A stretch of 64,000 nucleotides of DNA from IMG/VR virus record IMGVR_UViG_3300020050_010385, positions 1 through 64,000 of that record. The stretch is one strand, 5' to 3'. The DNA is from a virus (taxonomy: Duplodnaviria > Caudoviricetes). Position numbers and translations under genes: made by a program. The notes beneath the pieces were generated by a model. It searched no databases, was not told where the DNA came from, and was given only the letters and a program-made list of their open reading frames with translations. This document shows, piece after piece, positions 1-6,956 of this stretch (position 1 is the first letter of the stretch; every line of letters begins with the position of its first letter).

Positions 1-66
1 AAGGGCGACAATCTCCAATATCAACCCGGACATATTACGCCCGAAAAGATCAAATTCGTCCCGAGT

Positions 67-996
67 TCAACATAAAAGTGATGGGGCCGTGCGGTATCGT
101 AACCGCCGGCCCCACTGAAAGATCTGCGTTTCTTCGGACACTGACCTACACATTCTTTCGCGGAGCCAAATATCGAGCTTGCCTAAATTCAAATATGATT
201 GTTTTTCTTTGGCAATAAATTCGCTTGAGAACTTCGACGGCCAAGTCGGGATGTGTTCATCGCTTTCGATCGGGATGCGTGAAGTGTTAAAGTTAAGCTC
301 GGCCTTGTTTGCAAATACACGCTCGACGATACACTTCTCGCCGAGATTGTTCCCGATTAAAAAGATGCGAGAGTTCTGACCCAAGAACATGACATCGGAC
401 AAGAACCAATTCCAATCTGATTCTAAAACTGTTTCCGACTTAGCGTCCTCGGTGTCTTGGGGATCGTCGATGATGATGATCTTAGGCCGGCGATCCTGAA
501 ACGCAATCCCGCGAATGGATGCACCCTTGCCGTAAGCTTCGATGCGTACGTTGACGATGTTCCCCTCGGAGTCCTCGACATCAACATCGAACACGTCACC
601 CGATTGGACGTTGATTTTAATAAGCGTCGCGCTGATAGCCGGGTTCGTTAGATATTCGTCAGTAATTTCTTTGAGCTTATTTTTTGCAAGCGTCGCATTG
701 TTTTTGATGATGACGATATAATCGAATTTCTTAGAAGGGAACGTGAGAGAGTGAAGTGGGAATGATCTTAAAATATATTGCGTTTTTGCAGATTCACGGA
801 AAGCTTCGATACCTTCGTGACCATCACCAAACAAAAGACTGTCCGACCAAGTTTTATGAAATGTAGCAGGCTCGACTTCACCGTCGCCGGTGTTTAATAA
901 TATTGCGCGATAATTGACGAGATTTCCGAATGCTTTTTTATATGCCTCGAGAAGCTTTTCTTCGCTGATCTCAATATCGTCGACGGATTCGCTCAA
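67..996 (-). CDS. Terminase large subunit, ATPase domain only (truncated)
   Basis: Walker A-like AFRESAKT, IRG..RP..IIIDDPQD Walker B, IGN coupling motif; frame ends soon after, nuclease domain absent. Confidence 0.8.
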   Translation of the reverse strand: MSESVDDIEISEEKLLEAYKKAFGNLVNYRAILLNTGDGEVEPATFHKTWSDSLLFGDGHEGIEAFRESAKTQYILRSFPLHSLTFPSKKFDYIVIIKNNATLAKNKLKEITDEYLTNPAISATLIKINVQSGDVFDVDVEDSEGNIVNVRIEAYGKGASIRGIAFQDRRPKIIIIDDPQDTEDAKSETVLESDWNWFLSDVMFLGQNSRIFLIGNNLGEKCIVERVFANKAELNFNTSRIPIESDEHIPTWPSKFSSEFIAKEKQSYLNLGKLDIWLRERMCRSVSEETQIFQWGRRLRYRTAPSLLC

Positions 997-1364
997 GTTG
1001 TTTGCGCCTTCTTGATGACCTTTTTAAGAAAGACGTTATGCTCGAGTGATCCCTTCAGGTCAACTTGTTGTTTAGGTTTGCCTTCGGAATACTCGACGAT
1101 CATTTTGTTTGCTTTCTGATCGCCTTTAAAGGCCCGATAAATTTGTTTCATAGCGAGGATGTCGGCGACTTCCATCTCGCGAACTTCACCGCTTGTCAAA
1201 TCCCTAAAGCACATTTTTTGCTTTAGTAATTCCCTGATCGCCGTCGAGATTCTTTTTCCCTTTGGGTGTCCGCACCCCGCCCCTGTCGGGTTAGGTGTAT
1301 AACCGGGCAACAATCGGCCATACTTGTCACGCTTTGCATCTTCGGGCTTTTCATTTAAAGCCAT
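993..1364 (-). CDS. Terminase small subunit (DUF5681-like)
   Basis: RD..GR..PG..PNP.G..KG N-terminus; abuts TerL. Confidence 0.7.
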   Translation of the reverse strand: MALNEKPEDAKRDKYGRLLPGYTPNPTGAGCGHPKGKRISTAIRELLKQKMCFRDLTSGEVREMEVADILAMKQIYRAFKGDQKANKMIVEYSEGKPKQQVDLKGSLEHNVFLKKVIKKAQTT

Positions 1365-1494
1365 TTAAAAACTCCCTTGCTCGTTAGGTAGGGCCGGCGG
1401 TCTGCGGAGACTACCGGCCCAAGGAGAAAACCAATTAATCGCTATTTGACAATTTCAGAATTAGCACGAAATTTTATATTGTGTCAAGAAAATT

Positions 1495-1686
1495 TTATTT
1501 TATATTTGTTGACCATCGGAATTTCGTGAAAGGACAAGTTTGATAATGCGGGGACATTTTTGCGGGATTGAATAAATTTTCATGCTCGATTTCGGGGGAA
1601 TAGTCGACGGCGGTTTGGAGTCCATAGGCATTTAATACAAACATGATTCTCTTTCCGCATTGGCATTTTTTGTTATTATTGAACAT
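1495..1686 (-). CDS. Small Cys/His protein
   Basis: CQCG...HYQTC; overlaps stop of RusA. Confidence 0.5.
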   Translation of the reverse strand: MFNNNKKCQCGKRIMFVLNAYGLQTAVDYSPEIEHENLFNPAKMSPHYQTCPFTKFRWSTNIK

Positions 1687-2122
1687 CGAAGTCTAAGTCC
1701 TTTTCTGATTCCATCATTTTTATGTTGACCTGAATCCCGATCAAATTCGAAGAATCGCCGTATCGCTTTTGAATTCGATAGTCGCAGAGCTGTGAATCAT
1801 CATTGAAAAATGATTTGTTCATGGTGTCCATTAACGCTTTGACAAGGTTGTCACCGTCGGGTTTTCGAATATGCCACTTTAAATTTTTAGCATTACCCGG
1901 GCGCGGCATCCAGAAAATAAATTCCGCGCGGCACGGGCCCATCGGCAAATTCCCCGGGCGATAAGGCAATAAATACATTCGCAAAAGGCTTTCATAGTCT
2001 ACCGTTTTCCTAGGCGTGTACGTGCAAACAAACTTCCCCCGTCGAGAAAATCGCGGACGCCCCTTAGCTACCGGCGTGATCGGTATAAAAAAAGATTTTG
2101 TTATCATTTTAAAACTCCTCAA
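1676..2122 (-). CDS. rusA: RusA-family Holliday junction resolvase
   Basis: PVAKGRPRF, KPDGDNL.K...D...DDSQ motifs. Confidence 0.9.
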   Translation of the reverse strand: MRSFKMITKSFFIPITPVAKGRPRFSRRGKFVCTYTPRKTVDYESLLRMYLLPYRPGNLPMGPCRAEFIFWMPRPGNAKNLKWHIRKPDGDNLVKALMDTMNKSFFNDDSQLCDYRIQKRYGDSSNLIGIQVNIKMMESEKDLDFDVQ

Positions 2123-2338
2123 TTTTTATGATTATCATGTTGATTTCGCGGCACTTCGGACACATCACGACATTAAAAAAAGCAAAACGATTGAAATCTA
2201 TTTTCACGTAGACCATTGATATTTCGCAAAATGCCGCGTGATGATCTACGAATCGTCGGATCTGAAGTTGAGTTAAGAATTTACTTGTCTCTGTGTCCAT
2301 ATAATTATTAATAATAAAAATAGTCCTAGTTTTTAACC

Positions 2339-2599
2339 TTAATGGAATTTCCCGGCATCAATTTTCTTTTCTGTTGCAAGGGCAATATCTTCAATGGTTT
2401 GCCACTTATCAGATTCATAGTCCATAAATTCGATTTTAAAATGTTCCTCGATCATCATTGTGAGTTCAACGCGGTCAAGGGAATCGAGCTCAAGATCATC
2501 TGAAAGTCGTGTTGTCCCGGTCAAGACAATTTTTGCATCATTATAAAGATTATTAATTAAGTTTTCGATGACTGTTTGGACTGGCAAAATTAATGACAT
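2339..2599 (-). CDS. acpP: Acyl carrier protein
   Basis: DLELDSLDRVELTMMIEEHF.IEF phosphopantetheine Ser motif; start refined to MSLILP. Confidence 0.85.
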   Translation of the reverse strand: MSLILPVQTVIENLINNLYNDAKIVLTGTTRLSDDLELDSLDRVELTMMIEEHFKIEFMDYESDKWQTIEDIALATEKKIDAGKFH

Positions 2600-2639
2600 T
2601 TTTATTCTCCTTTTTGGTGTTTCATTATTGAGCATCTGC

Positions 2640-3281
2640 TCAAAAGTTTTTATACATCATTTTATCTAAAATCGCTTCAGCAATTCCAAGCGATAGAAAG
2701 TGCTCTTTTATGTATTGAGCTGATTGACCAATCTTCTTACGGTTTCGAATGTCGCTTTTTAAATCATCCTCTGAAAAACTCTCAAAAATCCCTTTCTTTT
2801 GTAAGTTTTCTTTATTGTATATTGTGGGTGACGCCGCTGACACCCCTAAGTCCGCCACGGCTGACACCCCCCCAGTGTCGCCGCTGACACCCCCCCTAGT
2901 GTCGTCTGCGACACCCCCTGATAGTGTCGCCGCTGACACCCCCCCCTCATCATAAGCGACCCCGTTTGGGGCTAACCAGAGGGCATAATTTTTCTGAATT
3001 TTATAGGTGTTTATCTTGCTGTTTTTGGCATCCGAAACGGTGATTATATTACGGGTTTTGAGGGCCCCTAAACTACGTATTATCGAACGTCTTGGGAGCC
3101 CGGTAGACTGGCAAAATTGGGAGAAGCTGATCTGATCTTCTTTCTTGCCCCACCCGTAAGTTTTACGTATGATTGAAAAAAGGACTTTGATTTCGTTAGG
3201 TGAGAAATCAACGCGGGAAAGCGCATCGAGAAGCTCATTTGCGATCGGAGTGAATCCGTTTTCTTTTTGTGGTGATTTCAT
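2640..3281 (-). CDS. Lambda O-like replication initiator
   Basis: ENGFTPIANELL...IIRKTYGW.KK.DQIS.SQF N-terminal domain. Confidence 0.9.
   Translation of the reverse strand: MKSPQKENGFTPIANELLDALSRVDFSPNEIKVLFSIIRKTYGWGKKEDQISFSQFCQSTGLPRRSIIRSLGALKTRNIITVSDAKNSKINTYKIQKNYALWLAPNGVAYDEGGVSAATLSGGVADDTRGGVSGDTGGVSAVADLGVSAASPTIYNKENLQKKGIFESFSEDDLKSDIRNRKKIGQSAQYIKEHFLSLGIAEAILDKMMYKNF
2833..2946. repeat. Five iterons (GTGTCGCCGCTGACACCCC consensus) inside O gene; putative replication origin
   Basis: Direct repeats near 2833, 2857, 2875, 2899, 2924; adjacent AT-rich stretch. Confidence 0.75.
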
Positions 3282-3590
3282 ATTTAGAATCTATTAAAGA
3301 GCCGTTTCCACCAAGGAAGTGATCCCTGACAAATTCTCGGCCCCTGCTCCTACGGCCTTATTCTCCCGGCTCCTAGTTGCCGTTAGTCTTATTCCGTCGG
3401 GGCTTTTCGCATTTAAAAGAAAACGCCCCCGGGCACGACCGCGATGCGCTAGCGGCCGACTTGTGGATATAGGAGATCCCGGGGACGAAAGAAAGGGCCG
3501 ACCCTGTAAAATTGAGTCGGCCCGATGATTTGATTTTATTTTGTGGGAAGCGCGCGTCATTTGTTTGCCCTCTCCTAAAGGACAAGTTAA

Positions 3591-3619
3591 ATATTAAAGA
3601 ACAATTTGATTGATGTCAA
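3591..3619 (-). promoter_or_regulatory. Sigma70-type promoter
   Basis: TTGACA-17nt-TAATAT on minus strand upstream of the O gene leader. Confidence 0.6.
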
Positions 3620-3997
3620 TACAATATTACACTTTTGATGTTGTTGAACTTCCAGACTTCGACAAGATTTTTTTCATTGTTTTTAATTCCTGATGTTTAT
3701 CGTCGGTGCGGATAATTTGACCGTTATCAGTACGCCGGCCGTACTTTGCTTCGGCGATTTTCTGACCGCGATCAATGAATCTTCGAAGGGCTTTTGCTTT
3801 TTTGCCGCGCATGATACATCTCCTTAATATGTTTCGTTTCAATTTTCAATTTATCTTTTTTGAGCTGTACGACTATGAAGTGATCGCCGCCAATGTATTT
3901 GGCGTCGACGACGTAATCGAGAATTATGTCGTCAATTATTTTTTGATAGTTTTCATGTTCTTGTTTTAAATTAAGCGGGACGGGTATTCTGCGCCGT

Positions 3998-4381
3998 TTA
4001 AATATCTCCGCCGCCGACGGAATCACTACCTTGTTTGTCATCATTGATCCGCTCTCTTTCCGCGATCTGCGCGTCGGCCCAAGCGTAGGGCCATTGGATT
4101 GATGTTTGCTTTGCGTATTCTTTATCGAACTCCCGGACTTCTTTGATATTTGCACACTTTGCATCGAAAACCGGGTCATCGGAGTCAACGATAACGCCGT
4201 TCAATTTTACCGGGACTGGACGATCTTCTTTCATTGTTGGAGTAAACCAAGCTTGCGGCTCCGACGGAGCATGAACGGCAAAGACGTCACGCAAAGACAT
4301 ACCGTCGGGCATTGGATTATTGTTTCCGTCGAATTCTTGGAGCTTTGGGAACGCCGGGCCACCGTCATTAACTTTTGCCAT
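3998..4381 (-). CDS. Conserved phage protein (GGPAFP...GMSLRD.FA...ADA family)
   Basis: Motif pattern widespread in phage early regions; start refined to MAKVND. Confidence 0.7.
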   Translation of the reverse strand: MAKVNDGGPAFPKLQEFDGNNNPMPDGMSLRDVFAVHAPSEPQAWFTPTMKEDRPVPVKLNGVIVDSDDPVFDAKCANIKEVREFDKEYAKQTSIQWPYAWADAQIAERERINDDKQGSDSVGGGDI

Positions 4382-4382
4382 T

Positions 4383-4724
4383 TTATTTATCCTTTCTTCG
4401 GTAGACGACCCCGACTTCTTCTTCTTTGAACATGATATATTTATCCTCGAGAAAATCAAACCCGTCGGCGAAAGCGTTCGATCGGATCTGAACATAATCG
4501 CCGGCCTTGACCTGTTCGCAATCTTCAGCGACAAGAAGAACTTCCAACATGCAAGTGTTGGCTTCCAATTTATTTGCCCTTTCAGGCAATATGATGCCGC
4601 CGCCGGTGACGATCTCTTGAGCTACGACGACGACATGTTTGTTGACCGGCACAATGTGAAGCTTTTTTAATTCTGATTTCTCAATCATTTTAATTATCCT
4701 CTCTTTGGTTTGTAGGTTTTCCAC
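4383..4724 (-). CDS. groES: GroES/Cpn10 co-chaperonin
   Basis: PVNKHVVV...TGGGIILP...VKAGDYV...YIMFKEEEV. Confidence 0.8.
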   Translation of the reverse strand: MENLQTKERIIKMIEKSELKKLHIVPVNKHVVVVAQEIVTGGGIILPERANKLEANTCMLEVLLVAEDCEQVKAGDYVQIRSNAFADGFDFLEDKYIMFKEEEVGVVYRRKDK

Positions 4725-4923
4725 CCTTTAAAATGAGTTTGGTTCCCCTGCGCCACGTGCATTCAAAATTCGGGTACTCGTATCCAGTTTCTGTCTCAAC
4801 TCGATCACCCATATAACAAACCACCTCTTTTATTGGCGCTTTTGAAACATAGATAGCGTAAGCTGTAAATATGGCTAGCATCAACAAGAGTCCGATAATT
4901 AAAAAAGTCAATATCTCTTTCAT
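4690..4923 (-). CDS. Small membrane-anchored protein
   Basis: N-terminal hydrophobic helix; ATG follows GGAGAGGTGA RBS in shared linker. Confidence 0.55.
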   Translation of the reverse strand: MKEILTFLIIGLLLMLAIFTAYAIYVSKAPIKEVVCYMGDRVETETGYEYPNFECTWRRGTKLILKGGKPTNQREDN

Positions 4924-4955
4924 CTCTTCACCTCTCCTCGGTCGATTGCGGTTGT
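4920..4955. repeat. 36-nt linker identical to 52116-52151
   Basis: TCATCTCTTCACCTCTCCTCGGTCGATTGCGGTTGT at both loci. Confidence 0.9.
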
Positions 4956-5092
4956 TGGCGTGTATCTTTCTTCCATCCATAAGAAATCAATCGTCTAGAA
5001 ATAGCCGCTATACCATTCCAATGCGGATTACTTGAGATAGAACCCTTCAAATCTTTTTCCATTTCTTTTGCTAACTTACTTTCTTTGCTCAT
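4928..5092 (-). CDS. 54-aa cassette ORF MSKE...QPQSTEER (not in ORF track)
   Basis: Translated by hand; same termini as 52124-52294. Confidence 0.65.
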   Translation of the reverse strand: MSKESKLAKEMEKDLKGSISSNPHWNGIAAISRRLISYGWKKDTRQQPQSTEER

Positions 5093-5120
5093 CTCACCTG
5101 TCCTTTAGTTGTTGGAGTTG
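5085..5120. repeat. 36-nt linker, 35/36 identical to 52287-52322
   Basis: TTGCTCATCTCACC(T/C)GTCCTTTAGTTGTTGGAGTTG. Confidence 0.9.
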
Positions 5121-5354
5121 ATCGGTAATATCCTTAATGGCTTTTTCTACGTATAGATATTCTGGGAATTTCATGGAGTTTTTTACTGCTTCAAAGGCAC
5201 TTAACTTTGCCTCAATTGTCCGCTGAAGATGCCACAAAGCGATTTTTCGGTAAGGATCGTCGTTATAACTAGGCATACCAAAAATTGCCTTATCTCCTAC
5301 TTCACGAATCTCTTTGGCTGCCATTTCTATCTGATCTCTGAGTTCTTTATCCAT
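5094..5354 (-). CDS. Hypothetical protein MDKELR...QLQQLKD, paralog of 52296-52667
   Basis: Shared N-terminal, central (QRT.EA) and C-terminal blocks. Confidence 0.7.
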   Translation of the reverse strand: MDKELRDQIEMAAKEIREVGDKAIFGMPSYNDDPYRKIALWHLQRTIEAKLSAFEAVKNSMKFPEYLYVEKAIKDITDQLQQLKDR

Positions 5355-5508
5355 CTGATTTATCCTTGCTGGCGGGAGGCTCACCTGTCAATGTGCTGAT
5401 AATTCTTTTACCTTTACAAACAGGACATGGATTATTTGATTTTGTTGATACTTGGCTTGTGTGGTCAATTCCTGAGCCGTTACAAACTGGACACGTTTGG
5501 TATCCCAT
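5347..5508 (-). CDS. Small DnaJ-type Zn-finger protein (not in ORF track)
   Basis: CPVCNGSG...CPVCKGK. Confidence 0.55.
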   Translation of the reverse strand: MGYQTCPVCNGSGIDHTSQVSTKSNNPCPVCKGKRIISTLTGEPPASKDKSDG

Positions 5509-5540
5509 AACTATTCTCCCTTCTCCTTGCTGGCGGTTAG

Positions 5541-5855
5541 CTATGGTTGATTACCGGCTTCTTTATATGCCTGCGCTGATAGGTCTAAATCTTCTTGAGT
5601 TATTCCAAGTTCGTCCAGGCGTTTTTGCTTTTCATCTTCCATTGGGTTATCTTTATGTCCCAAGCATCCTTTTTCATCGTCCCAATTATCGCAATCGCCG
5701 ATCTTTAAATACTTCTGCCCGTTATAATCAAGCAACTTGAGGTATGCTTCCGCTATCTTCGGCGGTAATTCATTGCCTTCGTCATCAGTAAAACCTCTAA
5801 AGGCTTTATTCCTTATCGCGCCCTTAATATCCATTCTCATATGATACCGCATCAC
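5541..5855 (-). CDS. Hypothetical phage protein
   Basis: ORF with CDNWD...GC.GH motif. Confidence 0.55.
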   Translation of the reverse strand: MMRYHMRMDIKGAIRNKAFRGFTDDEGNELPPKIAEAYLKLLDYNGQKYLKIGDCDNWDDEKGCLGHKDNPMEDEKQKRLDELGITQEDLDLSAQAYKEAGNQP

Positions 5856-5889
5856 TCCCCCCGTTGTTATCGAGCGTTAAAATTGTTGC

Positions 5890-6160
5890 TCCCCCTAGTC
5901 AGATTCCCCGCTAGTTTATCGGTCGGAGCCAACCGTACCATTGTCTCACCAGAGTGCCTATCGTCAGAATCGAACTGACCTCCCGTCACACCCGTCCTCG
6001 GTAAGCGAGTGAGAGTCGAACTCACCCTATCTCTTGGGATTTCTCCCGTTAAAATCAGCTAGGCGGCTTTAGTAAGCAACGATTAAATTCCACCGCAATA
6101 CGAGCGACGTAACTTTTGGTTTCATTCGAATCGTCAGGGTACTACCCCACGCCTAGCTTA
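5890..6160 (-). ncRNA. Candidate structured RNA with two tRNA T-arm-like hairpins
   Basis: GTGAG-TTCGACT-CTCAC, GTCAG-TTCGATT-CTGAC, GGGA-GAAA-TCCC, and a 9-bp long-range stem in an ORF-free gap. Confidence 0.5.
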
Positions 6161-6288
6161 ATGTTTACTCACTTGGATTTCTTCTTACTGGCTTTCCTAG
6201 ATTTTGTTCTTTTGGGATAAGGAATTATCGAAACACAAGTATAAATCCAAGAATTTATAATCATATTATCCTTTCCACAACCAATGTA

Positions 6289-6480
6289 TCAAGGCGATGT
6301 CTTGGGCGGTAGCTCCTCCGCCCTCTTGCGCTCTTTTGCCATGTATTCGTCCATGCTAATTACCTTAACCTTCTTGCTTAAATCTTGCATTGTCGTTCCT
6401 GCGTGTGCCACCTTTGCAATCATAATCATTACCAGAAAAATGAATAACGTGAAACAGACTATCCAGATTAGAAACCGCAC
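6289..6480 (-). CDS. Small signal-peptide/membrane protein
   Basis: Hydrophobic N-terminus ending AHA. Confidence 0.55.
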   Translation of the reverse strand: MRFLIWIVCFTLFIFLVMIMIAKVAHAGTTMQDLSKKVKVISMDEYMAKERKRAEELPPKTSP

Positions 6481-6644
6481 TGATACTTCCCACCTTTTCT
6501 TTTACCCCTCATTTCACTGAAGTAACATTTTCTAGAACAATACTTCTGATCTTTGTTGTCTCCGATCAGGGTAATAATTATTTTGCACTTTGGTTTTTTG
6601 CACTTGACTTTTCCGTGATGGATCTTTGGTCTTCCTGCTCCCAT
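6468..6644 (-). CDS. Small Zn-finger protein (not in ORF track), homolog of 53637-53798
   Basis: RPKI.HG.VKC...C....GDNKDQKYC..C...GKRKGGKYQ. Confidence 0.65.
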   Translation of the reverse strand: MGAGRPKIHHGKVKCKKPKCKIIITLIGDNKDQKYCSRKCYFSEMRGKRKGGKYQCGF

Positions 6645-6662
6645 TATTTTTCTCCTTATTGT

Positions 6663-6956
6663 TTAAAGTATGTCGCCTTCTTGGTCTCTTTCTTCTTTCC
6701 AATTAGGCCACATCTTAGACTGTTGTTTTACTAATAATCTTTCTTTATCGCGGTCTTTATCACTTACCCGCTTTGCTATTCTACTTTGCTCTCTGGCAAA
6801 AAGTTGTCTTTGAATAGGCTTTTCTAAAGTATCCTTAACAGACCATCCGGCATTAAGGCGCATATAAATAGTTTTATTTTTTAACCCAGTTTTCCTAGCC
6901 CATTCTGACACAGACCAGGTTTCTCCGTTGTGCGTTAAACTTCTTTCAACCGTCAT
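6663..6956 (-). CDS. HTH DNA-binding protein of the type found on HNH endonucleases
   Basis: NGET.SVSEWA..TG....TI..RL..GWS. Confidence 0.65.
   Translation of the reverse strand: MTVERSLTHNGETWSVSEWARKTGLKNKTIYMRLNAGWSVKDTLEKPIQRQLFAREQSRIAKRVSDKDRDKERLLVKQQSKMWPNWKEERDQEGDIL

Noticed and set aside
4920-5354. 36-nt repeats as CRISPR repeats or DGR template/variable repeats
   Set aside because: Each occurs only twice, 47 kb apart. There is no reverse transcriptase, and the mismatches are not adenine-specific.
5960-6030. Canonical tRNA genes
   Set aside because: Only T-arms are present; no matching acceptor, D or anticodon arms could be built.
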